Below, piece by piece: positions 1 through 10,229 of a stretch of 64,000 nt of DNA. Positions within the stretch are counted from its first letter, which is position 1, and each line of letters starts with the position of its first letter. A model generated the notes under the pieces. The model was not told the DNA's origin. It saw only the letters and a list, made by a program, of their open reading frames with translations, and ran no database searches. The DNA is from Candidatus Brocadiia bacterium (GTDB lineage Bacteria; Planctomycetota; Brocadiia; SM23-32), in assembly GCA_046538485.1 (NCBI GenBank), contig JBKHIT010000020.1, forward strand, positions 14,047 through 78,046. The letters are read 5' to 3'. A program made the position numbers and the translations under genes.

Positions 1-70
1 GCCCAAGTGTGTTCCTCGAACTCAGCTGAGTCCTTGGTCTGGCGGATCTTAGGGAACACGTTTGGGCCGC

Positions 71-296
71 GTTCTGAACTCCAGCCCCGCGGGAGCGTTT
101 CTGAAGTCCAGCCCGCTCAGGGGTCGGGGAGACTCGAGTTCAGCTGAGTGCGCCGCACGGCGCACGAAGCGGGACTTGAGGCAGGCCAATTTGGAAAATG
201 GCTACTCGGACGAAACAGCCCGCGTTCTGAACTCCAGTCCCGCGGGAGCGGTTCTGAAGTCCAGTCCGCTCACGGGTCACAATCTTCTTCACCCAC
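71..296. repeat. ~200-bp dispersed structured repeat, copy 1 (copy 2 at 44450-44646)
   Basis: Near-identical to 44450-44646. Internal units ttctgaactccag/ttctgaagtccag occur four times. Stem ctcgagttcag...ggacttgag encloses a hairpin. Confidence 0.85.
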
Positions 297-375
297 CGGG
301 CCGAACACACAAAATCAAGTGGAACGGACCACTAACCGGGAAGAAATAAGTCCATGAAGGTTTTAGTAATACCGG

Positions 376-421
376 GTGGCACGGACAAAGCGGCTCATTC
401 GTTTGAGCCGGTTTGTCCGTG
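376..421 (+). repeat. REP-like hairpin (GTGG + palindrome)
   Basis: gtgg-cacggacaaa-gcggctca...tgagccgg-tttgtccgtg. Confidence 0.6.
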
Positions 422-563
422 AATCGGGTTGAGACTGTAATATATGTCCACCCGAAAACAAAACATATTTTCTTCCGGTCGCTTAGCCGGTGAATCTTTC
501 TCACCCGCCGCACAAGACCGCGTGGGTAGGAAACCCAAAAGGGAGAACGGTTCAAAAACGTAC

Positions 564-608
564 GTAGCACAGGCTCTCCAGCCTGTGGACCGGGTCGTCA
601 GACCCGGA
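564..608 (+). repeat. REP element (GTAG-CACAGGCT-ctcc-AGCCTGTG plus second hairpin), copy 1
   Basis: GTAG tetranucleotide plus perfect 8-bp stem. Exact reverse complement at 4817-4861; variant at 12368-12412. Confidence 0.85.
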
Positions 609-618
609 TTGGTTTTCC

Positions 619-866
619 TAACCCGGATATTTCAAGCGCCGCCAGTGCCGCAGATGCAAGGAAGACAAGCGCCGGTGTGTTTTCACACTCCAACCGCAGG
701 CCGACGCAGCAGATGTGGTGCTGGCGGCGCTCCCGCAGGGCGAATCCCATTTGTTCGCCCGAAAGGTACACACTGTAATAGGCTCTGTCCAGAAATAGCG
801 CTTAAGTTGTTGCCAAAAATGCCGTTATAATAATTTTCGCCTTGGATTCATGAACTATTCGGGCTA
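619..866. mobile_element. MITE (~245 bp), copy 1
   Basis: Imperfect TIRs acccggatatttca / tgaactattcgggc, TA on both sides in a cTAa context, no transposase-sized ORF. Homologous to 53604-53855. Confidence 0.7.
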
Positions 867-913
867 ACTGTGTCACATGTCACCCAAGCCAAAATATAGC
901 TTTCAAAACGACA

Positions 914-1670
914 TTACGGCTCAGACGCATAGTATTGCCCGGTTGTAGAAGCCATATTATCGCCCCATCGGGTCTGCCGCCACTCGACGTGAGCATCCAA
1001 CATGCCGTAGTTGCCCCCCTCAGGTTCCAGGTTCATAGCCACCCCGGTGATGATTATTGACCGATACGTACCACGGATTGAATCCATAACGACTCGATCC
1101 CGCCGGCCGTAGGGCATCCCACCATACGATACGCTCGGCAATATTCTTCACGTCCGATAACCTTTGCACCGGCGAGTGGCCCACCTGAGAGGGACCGGGG
1201 CGGATCCTCGCTCCCCCCACGAGATAACCGTAACTGGTGAGAGACGCGTTATTACTCCAGTATGACGTATTCCCCGTGCACACACAGTTCAGGTGAACGT
1301 ATCCGGCACCATGAGCTCGCCAAAGAGAGTGCCGGGATACATCTCGTCCCGATGGGCACAGCCAGAGATCAACCGTCCCGAGATCATATTGCCGCGCCAG
1401 GTAACAACGCCTCTGATTATTGAAGCAATAACGACCATAATACCACTGCGGCGGGTTACCGTAGTAGCATGCGCCTGTCGGCAAAGCATCCCCGGAATCG
1501 CCTGCGTAATGATAACAGGCCAACAAAAACTGGCGTATGTTCGAGCGACAGACCGTCCGGCGTGCAGACTCACGTGCCCGCTCCAGAGCGGGCATCAGCA
1601 TCGCCGCCAGAATCGCAATAATCGCGATAACGACGAGCAATTCGATAAGCGTGAATGCTTTCTTCCACAT
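914..1670 (-). pseudogene. DUF1559-type prepilin-leader / H-X9-DG protein, frameshifted near the C-terminus
   Basis: N-term [25 protein letters not shown]. The 7-bp duplication caggttc-caggttc at 1021-1034 shifts the frame; removing one copy restores [22 protein letters not shown] to the stop at 914. Confidence 0.85.
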
Positions 1671-1939
1671 TCAATCTTCCCCCCCGAAAAGGCCCCGCAG
1701 TCAAAAGGCGGGCGGGAATAGGTTCTCCGGCTATATAGTTTTTGCCCTACCCGTCCGCGCAGCGTGCAAATTTCAGCTGCTAACTTCCTGTACAACGTCC
1801 GGGCAAGGTAAGTTTCAGCATTTATATGCTCCGCTGATTCAAAAAAAGTTTACCATTATTTTCCATGCAAGGCAATACCTTCGGCCAGAAGATCGCCGTT
1901 TACGGAGCGGCCCTTTCCTTAACCCAAGCACGTCTGGTT

Positions 1940-4282
1940 TCATTCTTTCTCGAGACAAATCGCAACGGGTGCAAGGAGTCCGCCCGTGCCGAGCTCATTC
2001 AGTCCCGTGCGTTCACACCTGACGGCGAGTTCGTTCTTACCCGCGTTCAACGCATCGCTGACGTCCCATGAGGCAGGCCGACAATAGCCGGAAAATAGCT
2101 CTTTTTCCTCGCCTTTTTTCGTGCGATAAGGCACGTGCTGGCCGTTCACAAAGACTTTGGCGGTTCCATCCGTCGCACCGATCCACAGGTAAACTTTTTG
2201 GCCAGCCGGCGGTTTTTCCAGTTCGACCTCACCCCGATACCACATAACGCCCTGGTAATTGTGAAAGCCAAGCGAGGACCACGTCTGACGGCAGACGTCG
2301 GTCGTCTTCCACAATGAATCGTCGAAATTCGCCTTCTGCCAGCCCTCCTTTTCGCCGACCTTTTTCCGGTCAACGTGATACTTCCACTGGCGCAGGGGCG
2401 ACTCAGTGAGCAGTTCATACTCGGCAGCAATGCGCGTGGCATCCCGGTAGGTCCGCTGGTAAAAGGAACCAAAATACCTCCCATACAGTGAATCTCCACG
2501 GGTCCAGCGCATCATGCCGAACGCACGTTGAGGCTTGTATTTTTTTGCCAGTTCCACCAGCCGTTCCCGGTAACGTTTCGCTTTCGGCGCAAGCTTCTCA
2601 AACCGCCCTTCCGCCAGATCATGGCGCATTTCCATGAACGACTCGAAGAGTCGAAGGCTATCATCCGCCATCTTTACGCGGAACTTCTCGGCTTTCGTCT
2701 CGCAGGCTGCCACCGCTGCATCCATCAGAGCCCGGGCCTTTTTCATTCGTTCCGGTGTGAACCTCCGCATGTGGCCGAACCCACACCCGGAGTATTCCGG
2801 CGTGTCGACCCAGATATGATCGATGTAATCCCAATAAGCGGACATTTGTTCGGCGGCATGGCCGTAGAAGTTTCGATTCAGTTCATCGACGATCTCGCGC
2901 GGCGTCTGTTCCGTATCCCAGGCGGTCCGTATCCCCATGTAGAGACCGTGCATTGTCGTCTCAAAATTGGCCGTGGTTTCCGGCTGCCAGAACCGGCACG
3001 CGCCTTCTTTGTAAATAATCGGAATGTTCTCTCCCCATTTGGTAATGAAAGGATTGGGGGCGGCCGGAGCGGCCAGAAACCAACCGTAGAAATAGTATGC
3101 CGTCATGCGAGCCGCCTCGCCCCATCCCCAAACGATATGGCGAAGGTGTTTATTATTGGGTTCCCCATCATCGGTCATGGGATGCGCCCTCGAATAGGTT
3201 ATGGGCGCCACCTCGGGCACAATATTTGGATGAACTTGTTCCCGAACAGGCGGCCGGTTGTAGTTCACGTAAGCCAGCAGGCCAAACAGCACTTTGGGAT
3301 GCTTCTCTGTCACCCGGCGTGCAATCTTGTTGCAGAACCAGATAAGCCTGTCGGTAATGCTGTTGGCCCCAAAGACCGGATCGTAGTCACCCGCGTCCAG
3401 CGCTTTATCCTCCGATGAGTTATCAAATCCCAGCCCATCTCCCGGAGAGAGTGAAATGGAACGTGTCTCTGGGTTTTCATCCAGGCGTTCGATGATGTTC
3501 TCGGCGATTCTTTCCGCCAGACCCGGCGCACTCCATTTAAGCCGACGGGGATTCTTCTTCCCATCGACCGTCGCTATCCATTCCGGGTGGTTCTCCTTCT
3601 CCTTTTTTGAAAGGTAACGCCGCTCCAGTGCATGCCCCGCATGCAACAACAAGCCCCCCAGCCTGTTGCGCCGGCCGTAATCCTCGGTGCAATACCAGAT
3701 ACCGCGATAAAGGGTCCGTGGCACTTTTGAATAATCCTTCTGGGTCAGGCGGATTGTCTTTTTCTTTGGAATTACTTCCCCCATTTCGGTCGGCATGTAC
3801 CACCTGCAACCCAGGTCGTCCAGCAGTTCGTATATTGCGTAACTCGTGCCGAGCCGCGATTCGCCCACAAGCCCGATGCCTTCTGGCAAGACAGTCACGC
3901 GGAATCCCTGTCCCAACCGCATATGCTTCCGCGGCGCTCCGAATCGCTCCCGGGCAAGTTTACCGATGAAGATTGGCAGACGGTTATCATCTTTGGTTGG
4001 CGGCCCCTCAACCACTTCCACTCTGGCGGACGACATTTTCTCCAGGTAATTTGCGAGATCGAGCACCGACGCCCTGAGACGTCGGCGAAAAGCCGCAGTA
4101 TCCATTTTTTTCCAGTCGGGCCCCCGCGTCTTCCCGGGTTTTTTCATGACCTCTGGCGCAATGTGTATCGCACACAAAGCATTACCGTTCTCAATCAACG
4201 TCACCGATTTCTCACCGCCAGCAGCAGCGGAACCGGAAATCATCACAAACAGCATGAAAAGAAATACGTGACGAGTTTTCAT
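1940..4282 (-). CDS. Secreted DUF4838-domain protein with C-terminal GH2-like sugar-binding domain
   Basis: Signal peptide; GTSYAIYELLDDLGCRWY and SLSPGDG motifs; C-term WYRGEV...KVFVNGQHV. Confidence 0.75.
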   Translation of the reverse strand: MKTRHVFLFMLFVMISGSAAAGGEKSVTLIENGNALCAIHIAPEVMKKPGKTRGPDWKKMDTAAFRRRLRASVLDLANYLEKMSSARVEVVEGPPTKDDNRLPIFIGKLARERFGAPRKHMRLGQGFRVTVLPEGIGLVGESRLGTSYAIYELLDDLGCRWYMPTEMGEVIPKKKTIRLTQKDYSKVPRTLYRGIWYCTEDYGRRNRLGGLLLHAGHALERRYLSKKEKENHPEWIATVDGKKNPRRLKWSAPGLAERIAENIIERLDENPETRSISLSPGDGLGFDNSSEDKALDAGDYDPVFGANSITDRLIWFCNKIARRVTEKHPKVLFGLLAYVNYNRPPVREQVHPNIVPEVAPITYSRAHPMTDDGEPNNKHLRHIVWGWGEAARMTAYYFYGWFLAAPAAPNPFITKWGENIPIIYKEGACRFWQPETTANFETTMHGLYMGIRTAWDTEQTPREIVDELNRNFYGHAAEQMSAYWDYIDHIWVDTPEYSGCGFGHMRRFTPERMKKARALMDAAVAACETKAEKFRVKMADDSLRLFESFMEMRHDLAEGRFEKLAPKAKRYRERLVELAKKYKPQRAFGMMRWTRGDSLYGRYFGSFYQRTYRDATRIAAEYELLTESPLRQWKYHVDRKKVGEKEGWQKANFDDSLWKTTDVCRQTWSSLGFHNYQGVMWYRGEVELEKPPAGQKVYLWIGATDGTAKVFVNGQHVPYRTKKGEEKELFSGYCRPASWDVSDALNAGKNELAVRCERTGLNELGTGGLLAPVAICLEKE

Positions 4283-4816
4283 GTTACTGGAAAATGTTAG
4301 AGAAAACGCGAATCTGTCAAAAACAGCCTTATTAACGAAAAACTACCCCGCCTGCCGAAGGAATTCAAGTGCTGCAATGTTTTCGGAAACCGGACAAGCG
4401 GGTTGAAACTTTAAAAATGGTATGGACGTAAGAGGGTTTTCAAACATAAGATTGTCGTTGCTGGCCCCGTATCCTGTCGCCTGGCGGTCATTACTAAGCG
4501 GTTTCGTGTAAGTATCCCAATGTTTTGAGAGAGAAATTTATCGGTCCCGAAATTCATTATCGTGGGCTGAAGGCCCACCACAAAACGACGGAAGACAAAC
4601 GGTAAAGCGGTGCCCCCCGTCGGGGATTCGATGGGCAGACGTGCCTGCCATTTTAAATATCATTGGCATTGGCATACCCCCTTCCAGGTAGTCCACCGCG
4701 ACTCGCGGCCGCCGCACTCCATAGCCGGCTCGCGCCGGCGGGGTTCATGCACGAACCGGTGCTGATACGATTGTCCGGCACGCAGCACATTCCGTTCCGC
4801 AGCAAACGATAACGGC

Positions 4817-4861
4817 TCCGGGTCTGACGACCCGGTCCACAGGCTGGAGAGCCTGTGCTAC
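4817..4861 (-). repeat. REP element, copy 2
   Basis: Reverse complement of 564-608. Confidence 0.85.
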
Positions 4862-5013
4862 ATGACAATGCAACATTCTCTCGCAGCTCGGGGGAATCCC
4901 CGCAACGCGGCATCTGCAGCCTGCAGGAAGTGGTTCCTTCGATTTGCCAGTAAAATCGGCCATCGAACAATGACTATATCAACGCCGCCTGGGATATCTG
5001 TTTCTCCACAAAC

Positions 5014-8000
5014 TTACCGCTTCCTGGCGGTCAGTTTCACCTTGGACATGCCCTCGGGGACCGTAAGTTTCAGCCCGCCTTCCATCTCCTTTATCACGAC
5101 ATCTGCCGCGCCCTGAACCTTCCAGGCTCCAGGCGCGCTGACCATCAAACTGCCCGCGGGGCTATCCGCAGGTAGGTCGATTGTCATGGAATCGGCTCCG
5201 ACTGTTAAGGTCGCGGATAACTCCGTTTTCAAACCGTACTGGCCAGCTTTGACTTCACCGGGAGCGCCTAAAGTCAGGTTGGTGCTTCGTTTGCGTCGCT
5301 GCACAACACCCACCGTTCCCGTAAAGGAAACTTTCCCCGCCTTCGCTTCTGCCGTATCCCTCGACAGGTAAACATAATCCGTGCCATCAGGTTTCTCCAC
5401 TACGATTATCCTGTCCTGATCCGCGGTTTCAAACTTCGGAGCCGACTCGTCTCGCGGCCGAGGATAAACCACAACATAATACGCCCCATCGTCCGGACGT
5501 TGCAGATGCAGGAGGTCCTGATATTCGGGAACCCGGCGGTAAGTCCCACCGTATCGAAGCGTATGTCGAGGGGTTCCGGTCGGTTCTGCGATAAAATAAT
5601 CAACGTCCATGCCGAACTGCCCGAGCGCGGTGTAACGATTGCCGGCGGTGAGCTGACGGGCCGGAAGGATAGTTTTACCGGGCTTGTCTGCAAGAAAAGC
5701 TTCAACGTCCCGGACCTGGGCCGGCGTACCGATTTTCTCCGAGAGTGTCCAGAACTGCCAGGCCGTCGGCTCGCCTCCCCGAACGCTATCCCGAAGCACC
5801 AGATACGCCGGTCCTGACGTATCATCGCTCTTGACGAAGAGCAGCTGACGGGTCCAATCCAGCTCGCCGCTCTTCGCCGCTGTCACGCGTGGATAGGCCG
5901 GCAGTTTCGGAGGGCTCCATTCCCGCTCATCAGGATGCGTGTGGACGATCCGGGTGCGCACGTAATCGGTCGTGGGTAAAGGCGCGAAGGTGCCAAAATG
6001 GGTTTTGCTGTAGTATCCGAACGGTGTGAGGGAATCCCCCGGAGAGTAGTTGCGCGCGAGCCGCACGCCGTCGCGAAGCAGTTCATGCCGCGTTTTGTAA
6101 CCGGTGTCGAACGTGAAACACGTACTGAGAGGTTTCCCCCGTCCGTACCACTGCGCAATCCCTCCGATGCCCGGCGCCCAGATATCGAGATTCCGCAAAG
6201 AATCGACGCACGCCAGCACATTCACGTAACTCTCGTGCTCTGTATTGAACGCGGCGCGCAGAAGCACGCCCAGTTCAGGAAAAAGCTCACTCCCCCAATC
6301 CGGAGCAGACATCGGAAGACGATGGTCGAGGTAATACGATTCATATCCCCCGAGTCGATAATCGCCCCAACGGTCTGGGGCGCCTGCTTCAGACCACATC
6401 CATTGCATCGTGCGGGAGAAAGTCGAGTCGCTTTCCGCAGTCATACGCGCCGCCACACCGCAGAACGCCAGTCGGTTGCCCGACGTGCCGCGCCCGTATG
6501 CGCCGGTAACGCGGTAACCGCCGCGCTGTGGATCGGGAGGCGTATGCATTCTGGCGAAATAAAGGACCAGCTTCTTGAGACGGGAATCAGTTGTGAAATC
6601 GTGATACCCCGCCCGCCGCGCAGCAATCGCAAAGGAAAGCATGGGCTCAAGGCTCACGATGCCGTAGTGGGAACCTTCCGGGAGCCACTCGCCGTTGGCA
6701 CCGACCTCATCCTCCAACCACTCATCCATCCAGGCCGTCGCGTAAGATGTCCATTCCCGTGACATTGGATGGTCGCGGAGCGCACATGCAATCACGCCCA
6801 GCGAAAGTATGTAGGAACAGTGCATGTTTGGGTTTCCCGAACCGTATCCCCGTTCCGTCGACCAGCACCTGGGATCGGCCATAAGGTATCCCAGGTAGGC
6901 CATTTGAGCCCGGAACAACGCGCGCTCGCGCTCGCTCAATAAACCACTATCAATCAGCGCGTCGTAAAGCGAAACCGTCGCGATTGCCCCTCTCATGACA
7001 TCGAAATGGCCCATTTCGCCAAGACGGCGACGCAGGTTTTTGATGACTTTTCCCTTCTCTTTTTTTGTTCGCTGTTCCGCCGGTTTCCTCAGCAATCCCA
7101 GCGCCGCACTGGCCCATCGACCTTTCAGGCGACGAGCGAGTTTCGCATCATCGGCCGCCCGCTGCCAGAGTTCTTTGATCCGGGGCATATCGACGAAAAG
7201 ATGCGGGTGTGCGTGCTTTGAATCCCAGCTCAGCACCATTTTGTTGATCTTATCGAGCTGTCGGCCAACCCGCGGTGCGCCCACGCTCACCGACCACGCC
7301 CGTTTTCCGTCAGCAAGATCTACGGTCAGCACGACTTCACCGTTCGCCGCCATGCTGACCGGCATCGACTTCTGTTTCCACCCCTCCCACATTTTTGGAA
7401 CCATCTCCAGATCCCAGTGGTCGTAGCCCCTGTAGGTCTGAGGCTCCGCGGGTTCGACCCAGATCCCCGGTTTACGCGAAACCAGCTCAAGCGAGACATC
7501 TTCGCCTTTGAGCTGCACGTGATGCGGATGCTCTGCGAAAATATTGATCAAGCTTGAATTGGGGCTGAGAAAACAAAAGTTATTCGCAGGAATTGTCACG
7601 GTTTTTTTGCGATCCCGCGCCCACTGTCCATAACCGGCCGGCATAAGCGCTTCCTCCACCCCGTTCACGCCGGGCAAGTGAAGTTCCGCTACGGTCTCCG
7701 GCTGATTGCCTTCAACCGACAACTCCCAGCGAACCGCACGATCACCTTCAATAACCGTCGCGGCGAATTTTGCCTTCACAGCTCCCTGAAGCACGTACTC
7801 TGTCACGACCCTTGCAAAAACCGGTCCCGAGTCGATAAGCCGCGAAGACCAGCTTTGCACCTTGTCCTCTCCCGTCCACCGGCCGGCCGACGACCAATCC
7901 CCTTTTTTCGCGCGCATCCCAAGCAACGGCGGCGGCACATTTTGCGGACCTTCCCCTTCGCCGATGGGAAGACGCACGCTTATGTGCGATGTCGATATTT

Positions 8001-8421
8001 CAGCGGTATCTTTCGCTTTTTTCACCCGCAAGTCTAATTCCGGTACTTTTGCCTTTCTGCCGCCCCACATGAGCTCGTAATCCCTGGCCTCCAGCGGTTT
8101 CAGCTCTTCCACCACAAAAAAGAGCCGGGCCGACTTCACGAATTTCCGCTTCTTCGAATAGTATTCTACCTCCGAAAGCTGAGCCGGAACGGTTCCGTCG
8201 GGACCAGTAGCCCGGACTGATCCTTTGCGGCATTCACCCCGCCCTGCCTTGAAATCGCAGGATAGCAGCTCGCGTCCGTACGTCTGGTTCAATTTCTCCC
8301 GCACCGTTATTTTTCTCGATCCTCCGCGCGCGACACAACCGCTGGCGAAGAGGAGAATCAGAATAATGCCTGACGTCGCACAACAATTCTTTTTTGCGAA
8401 CAAATGCGATGATTCACACAT
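5014..8421 (-). CDS. Large exported heparinase II/III-like (alpha/alpha-toroid) polysaccharide lyase-like protein
   Basis: Hydrophobic leader with FASGC; HPHLF, GNPNMH and EWLPEGSHYG motifs; beta-rich C-term WTRQLLFV...YLVLRD. Confidence 0.55.
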   Translation of the reverse strand: MCESSHLFAKKNCCATSGIILILLFASGCVARGGSRKITVREKLNQTYGRELLSCDFKAGRGECRKGSVRATGPDGTVPAQLSEVEYYSKKRKFVKSARLFFVVEELKPLEARDYELMWGGRKAKVPELDLRVKKAKDTAEISTSHISVRLPIGEGEGPQNVPPPLLGMRAKKGDWSSAGRWTGEDKVQSWSSRLIDSGPVFARVVTEYVLQGAVKAKFAATVIEGDRAVRWELSVEGNQPETVAELHLPGVNGVEEALMPAGYGQWARDRKKTVTIPANNFCFLSPNSSLINIFAEHPHHVQLKGEDVSLELVSRKPGIWVEPAEPQTYRGYDHWDLEMVPKMWEGWKQKSMPVSMAANGEVVLTVDLADGKRAWSVSVGAPRVGRQLDKINKMVLSWDSKHAHPHLFVDMPRIKELWQRAADDAKLARRLKGRWASAALGLLRKPAEQRTKKEKGKVIKNLRRRLGEMGHFDVMRGAIATVSLYDALIDSGLLSERERALFRAQMAYLGYLMADPRCWSTERGYGSGNPNMHCSYILSLGVIACALRDHPMSREWTSYATAWMDEWLEDEVGANGEWLPEGSHYGIVSLEPMLSFAIAARRAGYHDFTTDSRLKKLVLYFARMHTPPDPQRGGYRVTGAYGRGTSGNRLAFCGVAARMTAESDSTFSRTMQWMWSEAGAPDRWGDYRLGGYESYYLDHRLPMSAPDWGSELFPELGVLLRAAFNTEHESYVNVLACVDSLRNLDIWAPGIGGIAQWYGRGKPLSTCFTFDTGYKTRHELLRDGVRLARNYSPGDSLTPFGYYSKTHFGTFAPLPTTDYVRTRIVHTHPDEREWSPPKLPAYPRVTAAKSGELDWTRQLLFVKSDDTSGPAYLVLRDSVRGGEPTAWQFWTLSEKIGTPAQVRDVEAFLADKPGKTILPARQLTAGNRYTALGQFGMDVDYFIAEPTGTPRHTLRYGGTYRRVPEYQDLLHLQRPDDGAYYVVVYPRPRDESAPKFETADQDRIIVVEKPDGTDYVYLSRDTAEAKAGKVSFTGTVGVVQRRKRSTNLTLGAPGEVKAGQYGLKTELSATLTVGADSMTIDLPADSPAGSLMVSAPGAWKVQGAADVVIKEMEGGLKLTVPEGMSKVKLTARKR

Positions 8422-8464
8422 TGAGACATTTCTCCCTTAGTGGCCTGGTGGCCCGCAAATAGGG

Positions 8465-9541
8465 TCACATCTGAAATGCCCGCGGCAGCTGGATTTCGCG
8501 CTCCACCGGCGGATACCATCCCTGATCCGCGTATTCCGACGTATGGAGATAACATTGCACGCGGACCTGCCTCTGGCCCTCCCGAAAGGTCAGAAGACGG
8601 CTCATCGGCATCGAGTGGGCGCAACCGTGGTAACGAGTCAGCGCGCAGGCATTCACGAAGGTCACATCCCATTTGCGTTCGACGTGAGAACGGCCTCCGC
8701 ACCGGTCGTCCGGGTTCGTGTGCGTATGACCTCCCAGCCAGAAATCAATCGCGCCCGGATTTTCCTTAAGATAACCCTCAAATGCTCCGGCATCGGGTTC
8801 TCCATCGACAAAATAGAGATACGACGCTCCTTCCGGCGCTCCTTCCTCAAAATATCCGTGGTAGCGGGATGTCCACTGCCCGTCTCTCCCTTTTTCAAAA
8901 CCCTCCCAGGGCCCTGACGCAACGGTGGTTTCTTTCAACATGTGATGGTGGGAGGTGACGATGATGCTGTCGGGATTATCCTCGACCTTCTTTTTCCACC
9001 ACTGAAACGTCTCCCCCGTAACAGCTCCCGCGGGGAATCCTCCGCGCTCTCCGCGCCCGACGGGCGGATCGAGGTCGTTGCGGTCGCTCATGACCAAAAA
9101 AAGGATGTTGCCAACACGGAACGAATACCGTTCCCACGTCCCTTCAACGATGAACGGACGGCGGGCGGGATCAACGCCGCTCGTTTCGGTGTTTTCGCCG
9201 GTAGGATCGACCCATTTCCGGAACCACCACTGAGCGAGTTCACCGTGACCGCTGGCGTCATGGTTACCGGCGAGGTTGTAGAAATCCTCCCGTCGGTGTT
9301 TCTGTGCCGCCCCGAACTGTCGCACAGCTTCGCGCCCTTCTTCATCATCGGGAGACTCCTGGGTCCCCGACAGATCACCGAGGTGGATGGCGATATCCCA
9401 CTCGAACGGCGGGCCGCCTTCTTCTCCTCCGTTTTCCGACTGTCGGATGGCATCGCCAAGACTGTCGCGGTTGCCGGCACGTCGATCGGTGCCGACATGA
9501 GAACATCCCATTGCCCAGAGTTTGAACGTTGAATCATTCAT
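8465..9541 (-). CDS. Calcineurin-like metallophosphoesterase
   Basis: GDL, GNHD, HHH and GHTH motifs. Confidence 0.85.
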   Translation of the reverse strand: MNDSTFKLWAMGCSHVGTDRRAGNRDSLGDAIRQSENGGEEGGPPFEWDIAIHLGDLSGTQESPDDEEGREAVRQFGAAQKHRREDFYNLAGNHDASGHGELAQWWFRKWVDPTGENTETSGVDPARRPFIVEGTWERYSFRVGNILFLVMSDRNDLDPPVGRGERGGFPAGAVTGETFQWWKKKVEDNPDSIIVTSHHHMLKETTVASGPWEGFEKGRDGQWTSRYHGYFEEGAPEGASYLYFVDGEPDAGAFEGYLKENPGAIDFWLGGHTHTNPDDRCGGRSHVERKWDVTFVNACALTRYHGCAHSMPMSRLLTFREGQRQVRVQCYLHTSEYADQGWYPPVEREIQLPRAFQM

Positions 9542-9564
9542 AGGGAAAGATCACCTTGGCAATT

Positions 9565-10080
9565 TCAGAACGGCGCGGGTTGGGTGCGTTTAAACTCAAA
9601 TTCCTCATCTCCGCTGCTCCGGCGAGGTTGACGTGGTTGACGTTCAGGAGAATCTTCCTGGGGCTGCCGCACCCGCCTTTCCTTGCGCTCCCATTTCTCC
9701 AGCTTGTTGTTCAAAAATGTCAGCACCAGCCCGTCCGGATACCGCCACATCTCAAACTTCGTGCCACCAGAGGCCCCTTTGAGCTTGTTCTTGGGTTTCC
9801 CAAGGTGCTTAAGAACCACTTCCATCGTCATCTTTTTTTTCAACCTTTCGGCAGGCTTCTTTTTTTCCGCCAAGGTCTCCCTTTCTGGACCTTCTTCCGA
9901 TTGCCCGCCCGCAGAAACTTGCTCCTCATTACCATTGCTTTTCTCTGCGGGCTCTTCCTTCCCAATTATTGATTCTGGCGAAAAGCCCTGCTCGTCACAC
10001 GAAATCAGAAAAACCGTCCAGGTTACAATAACGATACAACTGAGCATCATCCCAGACCCACAACGCTCAAAAATCTTCAC
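9565..10080 (-). CDS. Hypothetical lipoprotein with SmpA/OmlA-like small domain (GTG start near 10080 inferred)
   Basis: Lipobox LISC; MTMEVVLKHLGKP...EMWRY. Confidence 0.55.
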   Translation of the reverse strand: MKIFERCGSGMMLSCIVIVTWTVFLISCDEQGFSPESIIGKEEPAEKSNGNEEQVSAGGQSEEGPERETLAEKKKPAERLKKKMTMEVVLKHLGKPKNKLKGASGGTKFEMWRYPDGLVLTFLNNKLEKWERKERRVRQPQEDSPERQPRQPRRSSGDEEFEFKRTQPAPF

Positions 10081-10229
10081 GTTTTCCTCCCATTTCCAAC
10101 TGCAAACGAACACCAGAGTCATAATACTTTCTGCACACCAATTCCGCAAGGCTGGACTCCGGGGACGCAATGCGGGTATTGAATACCCCCGACTGGGTAA
10201 CCATGGCTCTCAATCTCTGGCCGTTCTCC

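Noticed and set aside
130..221. Hammerhead ribozyme (ctga...gaa and ggacgaaac)
   Set aside because: The CUGA is followed directly by the stem, lacking the NGA of CUGANGA, and no cleavage helix pairing was found in either copy
71..275. CRISPR array from repeated ttctgaa(c/g)tccag units
   Set aside because: Units are short, spacers are repeated and irregular, and there are no cas genes
1020..1022. Selenocysteine or readthrough at the TGA of the first DUF1559 gene
   Set aside because: The conserved continuation is in a different frame, explained by the 7-bp duplication
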